64,000 nt of DNA from Myxococcota bacterium (GTDB lineage Bacteria; Myxococcota_A; Polyangia; Polyangiales; Houyiibacteriaceae). Below the pieces are notes generated by a model, which saw only the letters and a program-made list of their open reading frames with translations, made no database searches and had not been told where the DNA came from. The stretch lies in NCBI GenBank assembly GCA_039030515.1, contig JBCCEA010000014.1, forward strand, positions 1-64,000, read 5' to 3'. Made by a program: the position numbers and the translations under genes. Shown piece after piece: positions 29,901 to 37,420 of this stretch (position 1 is its first letter; the number at the start of each line of letters is the position of its first letter).

Positions 29901-31205
29901 AGCGCCAACGAGCGTGCAGGCTGCTTGAGTAACTGGAAGAGGCTCGGGCTTTTTGAGCCGCAACCGCCCGATCAGTGGGTGGTCACCGTGGTGAACAACC
30001 GTTCTGATCGCATTCCCAGGTCGCGTGTTTTTGCAAAGATCCTGGTTCAAGACCTGAACGCGCGTGCGCATCTTTGTATCGGTACGGGGCTCAAAGGGCT
30101 TCGAACGTTTCTCGCAGAAGAGCTGGATGTCTTTCTCAGCACCCAGAACATTGCAGCGCTGCCCAATCGAGATGCTGCTGCTCCACAAGAAGAAATGCTC
30201 GAACGTTTCGATCGGCTCTTCGATCGTTTGGGATACCGGGTAAGCACGGTGGCGCTTCGAGAAGAGGTCTTGCGCATCGCGCTTGCCATGGGTGCGCGCA
30301 GGTCGGACCTTGAGGAGGCCTTTGCCGGTGTGGATCTCATCGAAGCGCATGCAGAGCACGTCGCGGAGATCGCGCGCTCTTGCGTCCCTGACGTGGAGCC
30401 TCAGGACTCGGAGGAGCAGCCCGCAACCTGGCAGGAGGCATCACGCTTTATTCGTCACGCGGTGCATACCCATCGCCGGCTCACCGCACTTCGCACGGCG
30501 CTGCTTTCGGACGAAGACCCTGCCGAACTCGATCGACGCATTCGTTCCCTGTATCGCGAGCTTTTTCTCGGGTCGGTGGTGTTTCTGGAAGACGTCTATG
30601 CGACCGGCGATCAAGTGATCGACCGAGCGGTAGGTATCGCGCCGCCGGGCAGTCGAATCCATCTTGTGGGCCTACAGAATATCAAGGGCACGGGACTAGA
30701 TTTTGTCTATCGATGGCTGTCGATCGAAAAGGTTTTACGATCTACGGACTCTCTTTCGACCCCCAAGTTTCAGGCGGACGATGAAGCGCAAACGATCCGC
30801 TTTCTCGGGACCTACGGTGGATACGGGCTTTTTGACTGTCGGGTTGCGCTTCGTGCTCTTCGCAGCCGAATTCGGCCCGATACGTCTTCGGAGACGAAGC
30901 TCTTGCTTGAGCGATCGATCGGGCGCCTTGAGGAGCTGGAGCAGAACCTTGCGGCGCGACTGTCCACCCAGCATGCGCGTTCGATCGTGGAACGAATCAT
31001 GGCTGTAGCGGAGCAGTGGCTGGATCCTTTGGACAGCATTGCTCGCGCGGTTCGAGCGCGTCGAGTGCAAGAAGCGTTTGTGTACGGAACGCTGAGTCAG
31101 ACAGGCGCTGCGGCCCGGATGCGCGAGATCACCTCTCGGGACAAGGGAGGGTGGCTCTACAAAGCGATCAAGTCGATATCAGCGCGCAAGGAAACTGGAG
31201 GGTGA
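26961..31205 (+). CDS. capB: Poly-gamma-glutamate synthase PgsB/CapB (Mur ligase fold) with ~700-aa N-terminal HEAT-repeat-containing extension
   Basis: IGGWGTRGKSGTERL, KTTG, TIWEQ, WECMAL, TNAYPDHEDVMGP, EHPRNIAL, VVPDLG, NGMSANE, VVNNRSDR. In-frame GTG at 26961 overlaps the upstream TGA. Confidence 0.9.
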   Translation: MSTEAPEPPCWRDFFIEALCPLKKRVLLDFVTDFAEPLEGSSPSIVQHACIDAIVDLHQRCASARSELDQLIGQVLGASNELERQQLLRTHLRRAAKRRADRHKAHEARSRIARAESTRRGSVWRVPVWPKRWRVPLRRLLRRSAPEPTLKSSMLRSFDLDAVLDFEAGVLAREELKIRALLDVVRRLAVDSISHFGAGTLEFLFVLSSGRSSLNVRLDALETWLCLLRSGGAMDELAPVLPWLRERMASEVESPLLRIKVVELLAILEPNQAAREIRRSLASGSGSPKEFLYRRGLIRIASGLSGEITVSELPLLSDASGHVRQGFASSLAEERSPAALELLATLALDDAAERVRAFAMRALFQAAEHDSLAASVWRETLRSMLTEEQSELVIRVALQTTEAWARSHAAVDLAEDLVRFIGETEYAHLGWSAASILCRWACNSEPATADLLERLEDTLQGRAEGAWTKLKLSLEEAERVDQVLPLLAAEDFPVSYYRRRQTFGFVRGERRGRRLWRLLYELRNPRPDKRQDVSHVTARVGPADAVAVPRLLAEVTQTKVPGERRVVSRLGDWAPLTPRVDDFLLALDGKRPRRILTPAGAITIIPPRGFRNLYAWAALSTGYRRFAALREEFLDSGEDPAKYFGPLERLGFVIEYAPATWHISGTPYAIELREADRTFSTRATWSLPAVVDSPLGYLLDDKGSLPSHLLVVVLSTTLLLLLRGVLQQRSIERLIGRIPVVIGGWGTRGKSGTERLKAALFQGLGYDVWVKTTGCEAMVIHGIPGRPAEEVFLYRPYDKPTIWEQLRVVDLAVRGGAQVFLWECMALRPRFVEVLAHRWMNASVSTLTNAYPDHEDVMGPSGEDVARVIASFMSKGGVCFTAEEQMLPILKEQARLAGTDLRVITPTESDLIAGDLLDMFPYQEHPRNIALTVRMAEHFGIDRERAVLAMAEHVVPDLGVLKTYPAIQHRYREAFFTNGMSANERAGCLSNWKRLGLFEPQPPDQWVVTVVNNRSDRIPRSRVFAKILVQDLNARAHLCIGTGLKGLRTFLAEELDVFLSTQNIAALPNRDAAAPQEEMLERFDRLFDRLGYRVSTVALREEVLRIALAMGARRSDLEEAFAGVDLIEAHAEHVAEIARSCVPDVEPQDSEEQPATWQEASRFIRHAVHTHRRLTALRTALLSDEDPAELDRRIRSLYRELFLGSVVFLEDVYATGDQVIDRAVGIAPPGSRIHLVGLQNIKGTGLDFVYRWLSIEKVLRSTDSLSTPKFQADDEAQTIRFLGTYGGYGLFDCRVALRALRSRIRPDTSSETKLLLERSIGRLEELEQNLAARLSTQHARSIVERIMAVAEQWLDPLDSIARAVRARRVQEAFVYGTLSQTGAAARMREITSRDKGGWLYKAIKSISARKETGG

Positions 31206-31285
31206 TCTTCGCCTTCGAGCGACGTGCTCATGCCAGGCGGCTATGCTCATGCCAGCCCGGTCGTGTCCGTCACCGCTGCTGAGCA

Positions 31286-32014
31286 CTACCAGGGGATATC
31301 CGTTCCGTCCCAGGCAAAGAAGCGGCCGTTTTCCGCAGAGGTAAGTCCGTCGAGCACTTTCAAGAGGCTTTGGACCGCTTTTTGGGTCGAGAATACGACT
31401 TTAGCGCTGCGCTGATACGGTCTGCTCAGATCGGTGTCCACCGTGCCTGGGTGCAGTGCGACAACGCATGCGTCCTTGATTCGCCGCTTGAGCTCGATCG
31501 ATAGGTTCTTGGTCAACATGTTTTGAGCGGCTTTGGAGCATCGATATCCGTACCAGCCGCCCAAGCGGTTGTCCGAGATGCTCCCCACCCGCGCCGACAG
31601 GCTGGCAAAGACTGCCGGAGATCCTTGCATGAACGAGGCGAAATGTTTGGCAACGAGTGCTGGGCCCACCGTATTGATCCGAAAAGCGGAGACCAGTTGC
31701 TCCGGATCGATTTGGGAGAGTTTTTTTTCTGGCACCACCCCGTGTCCATGGAGCAGTCCGGCCACGTTGATGATCCACCGCAGGGATTCACCTCGCGCGG
31801 CAAGCCGCTCTGCTGCCTTTTCGAGGGTCGATTCATCGAGCAAATCGACTTTTTCGATAGAAATATGTTTTTGGCGCTTTGCGAGTTCCTGCAGTTCTGA
31901 AGATCGCTCTGGTGCACGCGCGGTTGCAACCACTCGGGTTCCTCGCTCGCTCAGCTGTTTGCAGAACTCGAGACCGATCCCGCGGCTCGCCCCTTGAATC
32001 ATCACGCTTTCCAT
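31286..32014 (-). CDS. Short-chain dehydrogenase, C-factor/CsgA-like family
   Basis: GASRGIG, SARVGSISDNRLGGWYGYRCSKAA, LHPGTVDT. Confidence 0.92.
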   Translation of the reverse strand: MESVMIQGASRGIGLEFCKQLSERGTRVVATARAPERSSELQELAKRQKHISIEKVDLLDESTLEKAAERLAARGESLRWIINVAGLLHGHGVVPEKKLSQIDPEQLVSAFRINTVGPALVAKHFASFMQGSPAVFASLSARVGSISDNRLGGWYGYRCSKAAQNMLTKNLSIELKRRIKDACVVALHPGTVDTDLSRPYQRSAKVVFSTQKAVQSLLKVLDGLTSAENGRFFAWDGTDIPW

Positions 32015-32035
32015 GAGCTGCCCCTGTAGTTTTCT

Positions 32036-32680
32036 TCAGTGTTCCACATGCCTGCCCCAGATCGCTTGAAGTCTTTGGTCTCGACCGCAACCGGCTCGGT
32101 AGCGTGCATAGTGGACTGGATGGGTCTTGTAGAAATCTTGGTGGTAGCCCTCCGCAATCCAAAACGTGGCGGCGTCTCGCACTTCCGTTGCAATCGGTAC
32201 TTGAAGCGCCGCTCTGACCCGCCTTTTGGCGCGCTCGGCTAAGGTTCGTTCCGTTCGGTTTTTTACAAAGATAGCGGAGCGGTACTGAGATCCTCGGTCG
32301 CAGAACTGACCGTCGTTTTGAGACGGGTCGATATTGCGAAAAAACACGTCGAGCAGACGTTCGTAAGCGATCTGGCGCGGGTCGTACTCGACTCGAACCG
32401 CTTCCACATGTCCGGTCGTCGAGGTGCCGATCTGATCGTAGGTCACGTGGTCGACATGCCCGCCGGTGTATCCGGATAGGACGGAGTACACGCCGTCGAG
32501 ATCTTCAAATGGGCGCTCCATGCACCAAAAGCAGCCTCCAGCGAAGATCGCCACCGCGTGATCCGCCGCTGGTGGGCCGGCTGCGCGGGTACCGGAGCTT
32601 TGGCCCGCCGCAGATCCTTGGGTACATCCGGCGGTAAGCAGCAGTGTGACGATGACTGCAGGCTTGATGAAGCGATTCAT
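32036..32680 (-). CDS. msrA: Peptide methionine-S-sulfoxide reductase, predicted lipoprotein
   Basis: FAGGCFWCME, SGYTGG, GQFCDRGSQYRSAIF, AEGYHQDFY; lipobox LTAGC. Confidence 0.96.
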   Translation of the reverse strand: MNRFIKPAVIVTLLLTAGCTQGSAAGQSSGTRAAGPPAADHAVAIFAGGCFWCMERPFEDLDGVYSVLSGYTGGHVDHVTYDQIGTSTTGHVEAVRVEYDPRQIAYERLLDVFFRNIDPSQNDGQFCDRGSQYRSAIFVKNRTERTLAERAKRRVRAALQVPIATEVRDAATFWIAEGYHQDFYKTHPVHYARYRAGCGRDQRLQAIWGRHVEH

Positions 32681-33375
32681 CGGCGCACTCCAGGTTCAGC
32701 AGAGAGTGCGGAAGCCCTACGAGAGGGCGCGAAATCGAGTGAGGTTCCGTTGATGCAGTAACGTAAGCCGGTCGGTGCGGGGCCGTCTTCAAACACATGC
32801 CCCAGATGTCCACCACAGCGGGCACATTCGACCTCGGTCCGAATCATGCCGTGGCTTAGATCGGTGCGCTCCGAGACCCTACCTGCCTCGACAGGCCTCG
32901 TAAAAGAGGGCCACCCGGTTCGGGAGTCGAACTTATCGCTTGATCGAAACAGTGGCGCCCCACACCCGGAGCAGTGAAAGGTTCCTGAGCGATGTTCCCC
33001 GTTCAGTGGGTGGGAAAACGCGCGTTCGGTACCTTCTTGTCGCAGTATTCGGTACTGATCTCGAGTGAGCCGTCTCTTCCATGCTTCCTCCGAGAGATGG
33101 AGACGGCTTTCGATAGGAGGCGGCGAGGTCGATATCCGTGAAACCGGCGATTCTGGACCAGGCCACGGCGCTACAGCCTGTGCTTGGGCACATGAGCTGG
33201 TGGCCCATCCCAGCATCATCCAGATCAGTAAATAAGTACGGCGCGGCCGATCCGAACGTCTGCATAATTTGGAGGTTTGCCCCTTAAAGTACGTATGAGG
33301 CGCGCCGCGGAGGCTGCCCCTATTGGCCGTCACGCACGCACCGCGTACCGTCGCCATCCATCTCCCGAACATCAT
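32677..33375 (-). CDS. msrB: Peptide methionine-R-sulfoxide reductase (start uncertain)
   Basis: GTERAF, CSGCG, KFDSRTGWPSF, CARCGGHLGHVFEDGPAPTGLRYCING. Confidence 0.96.
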   Translation of the reverse strand: MMFGRWMATVRGACVTANRGSLRGAPHTYFKGQTSKLCRRSDRPRRTYLLIWMMLGWATSSCAQAQAVAPWPGPESPVSRISTSPPPIESRLHLSEEAWKRRLTRDQYRILRQEGTERAFSHPLNGEHRSGTFHCSGCGAPLFRSSDKFDSRTGWPSFTRPVEAGRVSERTDLSHGMIRTEVECARCGGHLGHVFEDGPAPTGLRYCINGTSLDFAPSRRASALSAEPGVRR

Positions 33376-33447
33376 GGTCTACTGTACGGGCCCTAGCGGC
33401 TTAAAGTTACATTTGAATAAAGGCTAGTTGGGTATTGAGGCGCGAGT

Positions 33448-34374
33448 TCAGCCACAAGCTGCAGTCGTCGCTTCGAGGCGTGTCTGCCGGAGCGGTTTCA
33501 GTGCGACATCGTGCAGCGGTTCTGCGAGAAACACGACGCGATTTCTCCCCCCACGCTTGGCCTCGTACATCGCCAAGTCTGCTCGGTGTTCGAGAGTCTC
33601 TGCGGATTCCGATCCGTTCCAACTTGCGATGCCTATGGACACTGTCTGGTCGATAGAGTCTTTGCGCGCGATCTTGAGCGGCTCTCGGGTCAGGGCAAGT
33701 CGGATCCGTTCTCCGACCGCATGCGCCTGGGCGGCATCCGCGGCGGGCATGAGCAAGACGAACTCCTCTCCGCCTCTTCGCACGAGCACATCGGTCGTTC
33801 TGACGTGTTGCCTTACGATATCGACGAAGCAACGAAGCACAGCGTCTCCTGTTGAGTGGCCGAACTGGTCGTTGACGCGTTTGAAGTGGTCTAGATCCAT
33901 GAGCAGAACAGAGAGTGGATTGGCGTTGCGACGGGCTCGGCTCATCTCCAATTTCAGTCTTGGCAGGAGATGACGGCGGTTGTAGGCCTGCGTTTCAGGA
34001 TCCGTTAAGGTCAGGGTTTCGTACTCTGAGATTCGCAGAATTTGCGCGGCGAGATTTGCGAGCGTATCTCCAACACACTGCGCTTTGTCGGGTTCGCAAA
34101 AGGGGACGCGACGACGAAGGGTGAGTGTGCCCCGGTAGGCACTTCCGATGGCGAGGCGCGAGGAGATCTCGGCGCTGTCGTCCCCTTTCAGCTGCCTTCC
34201 GTGCACGTAGTCCGTCAGCGCTCCCTCTGCGTCGTAGATTTGAGCGATGGCGCAGTCGGCGTTGGTGAGGTTTACGCCAACGCTTAGGATGCGCTGAAGC
34301 GCTGGCTCGAGGTCCGTTCGCTCCAGCAAGTCCGCAGTTAGCTTGGCTAGCACATCCAGCGCGTTTTTTTCCAT
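33448..34374 (-). CDS. Diguanylate cyclase (GAF-like plus GGDEF)
   Basis: DLDHFKRVNDQFGHSTGD and RTTDVLVRRGGEEF (intact RxxD I-site and GGEEF). Confidence 0.93.
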   Translation of the reverse strand: MEKNALDVLAKLTADLLERTDLEPALQRILSVGVNLTNADCAIAQIYDAEGALTDYVHGRQLKGDDSAEISSRLAIGSAYRGTLTLRRRVPFCEPDKAQCVGDTLANLAAQILRISEYETLTLTDPETQAYNRRHLLPRLKLEMSRARRNANPLSVLLMDLDHFKRVNDQFGHSTGDAVLRCFVDIVRQHVRTTDVLVRRGGEEFVLLMPAADAAQAHAVGERIRLALTREPLKIARKDSIDQTVSIGIASWNGSESAETLEHRADLAMYEAKRGGRNRVVFLAEPLHDVALKPLRQTRLEATTAACG

Positions 34375-34445
34375 GGCGCCGATGGTATGTCCGCTCGCGA
34401 CAATGGAAAGAGAATAATCGATGCCTGCAGGAAATTTGCATTCTG

Positions 34446-35675
34446 GTGACATCGCAACCCGCTTCATATCGAAGCCCTCATCTTGGCCTCATTAGGGTTC
34501 CACGCTACCTTTGCGTGACCGTGCGTTTGAGGCGTGGGTATTCAAAGGTCCAGAATTCGTGGTCGGTCTCGGTACTGCCGACGAGATCCCTCGCGCGCAT
34601 CGTGTTGGCTCCGCTCATGCTGTTCGGCTGCACGCTGTTCGGCTGCACGCTGTTCGGCTGTACGCTGCCGGATCGCCTCAGCGAAAACGAAGTCGTCTGC
34701 AGCCCGCGCCGCCTCGCAAGCCATCTGCTGTGCGGTCCCAAGCAGGTTGGTCGAAGAAACAGGGCCTGTGAGTCTGCGGGCCTCCATCCCGAGGCGCCTC
34801 CGGGAGCGCTGCTTGCAAGTCTGAACCTACCCCCGTCGAAACACATGCCTACGTCGCGCATGCAAGGAGTGCCGCGCGTCGTTTCAGGGAGCCCCGTTCA
34901 CCCTCTACTTCGAGGGCTGAGCGAGGGAGCGGGTCAGCCGTTCGGTTCGAGCAAGATCCAACAGCCTCGCTCCAGATGGCGTGCGGGAACAGAGACCCTA
35001 CCTCCAAGCGCTCGGTATTCGAAGATGCAGCGTCGATCGCTGCGTCGCGCGCAGCAGCTCGGTCTGGGAACGACACGGGCTGCACGACAGTTGCTCGCGG
35101 GTCGGGTCGAGCCTCGCTGGATTCAGGCCGCCGGTGGGTCTCGATTTCCAGGTACCCTGCAGTGGCCCGTTCGCCATGGCTGGATCACACGCGGTTTTGG
35201 TAGCGGAGAAGGGGGGTATCATCTCGCGGTCGACATCATGGGAACGATCGGCTGGAACGTGCGCGCTGCCGCCTCAGGGATCGTCGCGTACTCGGGTGAT
35301 GGAGTGCGTGGTTTTGGAAACCTGGTGATGCTCGTTCATCCGGGAGGGTGGGTCACCATGTATGCGCACAACTCGGTGAACCTCGTGGTCGCCGGCGAAA
35401 CTGTGGCTCGGGGCCGCGTGCTCGCCGAAGTAGGCAGCACCGGAATCAGCCGAGGTCCGCACGTGCACTTCGAGTTTATCTACAACAGGCAAAACTGCGA
35501 TCCAGCGGCGTTGTTCCGCCCTGGAGTTCGGCGCCGCAATGGTGGTTGGGCTGCCGTCAGGAAACGCCGGTGGACCGATCCGGGCCGGCGGCCCCGTGAG
35601 GTTCGCTGCGCTCGGCGCAGGCGACATCCCCGCTCTCGGTATCGGCAGGGCGCTCAAAGGACTCCGGAGCGATGA
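34446..35675 (+). CDS. M23 family metallopeptidase (LytM type); start uncertain
   Basis: HLAVDI, GFGNLVMLVH, MYAHN, STGISRGPHVHFE. Confidence 0.9.
   Translation: MTSQPASYRSPHLGLIRVPRYLCVTVRLRRGYSKVQNSWSVSVLPTRSLARIVLAPLMLFGCTLFGCTLFGCTLPDRLSENEVVCSPRRLASHLLCGPKQVGRRNRACESAGLHPEAPPGALLASLNLPPSKHMPTSRMQGVPRVVSGSPVHPLLRGLSEGAGQPFGSSKIQQPRSRWRAGTETLPPSARYSKMQRRSLRRAQQLGLGTTRAARQLLAGRVEPRWIQAAGGSRFPGTLQWPVRHGWITRGFGSGEGGYHLAVDIMGTIGWNVRAAASGIVAYSGDGVRGFGNLVMLVHPGGWVTMYAHNSVNLVVAGETVARGRVLAEVGSTGISRGPHVHFEFIYNRQNCDPAALFRPGVRRRNGGWAAVRKRRWTDPGRRPREVRCARRRRHPRSRYRQGAQRTPER
34619..34663 (+). repeat. 15-bp tandem repeat x3 encoding LFGCT
   Basis: GCTGTTCGGCTG[C/T]AC x3. Confidence 0.95.
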
Positions 35676-36460
35676 CTTCGATCGCCCTCACCATCGCGGG
35701 CTCAGACCCTTCAGGCGGAGCAGGTTTGCAGGCCGACCTGAAAACCTTCCATCAGCACGGGGTGTACGGTGCCGCCGCTGTTTCTCTCATTACGGTTCAA
35801 AATACGCGATCCGTTTCCAAAGTGGTGCCTCTCGAGCCGGAGCTGCTGCGCAGTCAGATCCGAGCGGTCATCGAAGATTTGGACGTCGATGCAGTCAAGA
35901 CCGGGGCGCTCGGTAGCGAGGCAAATATCGAGGTTGTGTCTGAAGAGTTTCGCGACCGACGGGTTCCCCTGGTGGTCGATCCGGTCATGGTAAGCACCCA
36001 CGGTGCCTTGCTGCTCGACGAGTCTGGTCAAAGACGTGTACGTGCCTTGCTGCCCTCGACCTTTCTGGTGACACCCAATGCACCTGAGGCTGCGCTTTTG
36101 ACAGGGCGTTCGGTTGCGTCGGTTGCGGATGCAGAGGACGCCGCAAGGGCCCTCGTCCAGTGCGGGGTAGAGAGCGTATTGGTCAAAGGAGGTCACTTGC
36201 CTCACGACGAGCAGGCCTGTGATGTGCTCCTCACCCAGGGGGTGATCCATCGCTTTCCGGCAAAGAGAATTCCATCTCGGCATACTCACGGTACGGGCTG
36301 CTCCCTCTCCGCTGCGATCACCGCATGGCTTGCACACGGGGAGTCGCTTCCGACCGCGGTATGGAGAAGCAAACGCTGGATCTCGAGCGCCATCGAATCG
36401 GCCAAGCCCATAGGAACCGGCGCCGGACCGATCAATCACGCTGAGCCAGTGGTCCCTTAG
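35672..36460 (+). CDS. thiD: Hydroxymethylpyrimidine/phosphomethylpyrimidine kinase
   Basis: TIAGSDPSGGAGLQADLKT, VDPVM, TPN, HTHGTGCSLSAA. Confidence 0.96.
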   Translation: MTSIALTIAGSDPSGGAGLQADLKTFHQHGVYGAAAVSLITVQNTRSVSKVVPLEPELLRSQIRAVIEDLDVDAVKTGALGSEANIEVVSEEFRDRRVPLVVDPVMVSTHGALLLDESGQRRVRALLPSTFLVTPNAPEAALLTGRSVASVADAEDAARALVQCGVESVLVKGGHLPHDEQACDVLLTQGVIHRFPAKRIPSRHTHGTGCSLSAAITAWLAHGESLPTAVWRSKRWISSAIESAKPIGTGAGPINHAEPVVP

Positions 36461-36577
36461 GACCGTAGCGCGACGTGTCTCAAGGCCTCTTCATCGCTGT
36501 CGTGTTCCATGGCGTTTTTTCGCATAGTGCGCGGTTTGTCTCGCAGGAGAAAGAGAATCCGGATAGCCTACGCTCCC

Positions 36578-37189
36578 ATGACCGAAGTCACCGAGTCGGT
36601 GAAGCATCTCTCAGATGAACCAGGGGATCATGCGCTCGCGTATGTTGATCTCGAGGTGCTTTGCCGCGAACCGCGACTCGTAAAGAAGTTCGCCAGCATG
36701 ATCGTTGCACGGGTTCAGGAGTTCGCTCCAGGACGTCGATGGACGCTCGAAGACCTCAAGGATGTTCTCGACAACGCGGCTCAAGGAGCTGAGCAACAGA
36801 CGCGGGCTCAGGTTCTTGCTGGACGGCATTTTCGCAAGAAACTACGCGAACAGAGTCATCTTGCGGCGCGACACGGCGACCGGTTTTCCTGCGTTGTGCT
36901 CTCGCTGGACGAGCGATGTGTTGACGATGAATACCCAAGCGTTCTGGACGCCGTACTCGATCGTCTCAGAGGTTCCGATATGGTGTTCCTTTACCGGCGA
37001 AAACTCGCTCTGCTTTTGCCGGGTTTGGGGAGCGAAGCCTTGAGCCCGCTGCTCGATCGAGTTCAGGCGCTCGTCAGTTTTGGTTCTGGTGAGAGCACGC
37101 TTGCTTCGATAGATGCTCTGGTTTGCCCGAATGACATCATCGAGACCACTGAAGCGGTTCTCGATTGGGCAGAAAATCGCCTGCGCTGA
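36578..37189 (+). CDS. Protein with degenerate GGDEF-like domain
   Basis: FRKKLREQ...ARHGDRFSCVVL...LRGSDMVF...LALLLP resembles the GGDEF scaffold without the signature motif. Confidence 0.55.
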   Translation: MTEVTESVKHLSDEPGDHALAYVDLEVLCREPRLVKKFASMIVARVQEFAPGRRWTLEDLKDVLDNAAQGAEQQTRAQVLAGRHFRKKLREQSHLAARHGDRFSCVVLSLDERCVDDEYPSVLDAVLDRLRGSDMVFLYRRKLALLLPGLGSEALSPLLDRVQALVSFGSGESTLASIDALVCPNDIIETTEAVLDWAENRLR

Positions 37190-37420
37190 CATGACCGGTG
37201 GTCGAATTCCCCATGTCGAGATTGGACCCTGGCCTTATCGAGCAGCGACGGTTCCTTGCAGAATCGCATGCAGTCCTGCTACAGCCGGAGCATCGGAATC
37301 GAGGTGCAGGCCACCGAGATTATACCCAGTCTTGTCAAGTGAAGTCTCGCCTCCCGATTCACGATGCTGCTTTGCGGCCCTGGGTGCTCTCGACTTTGCA
37401 TAGGCGCTTGGAGAGATCCT

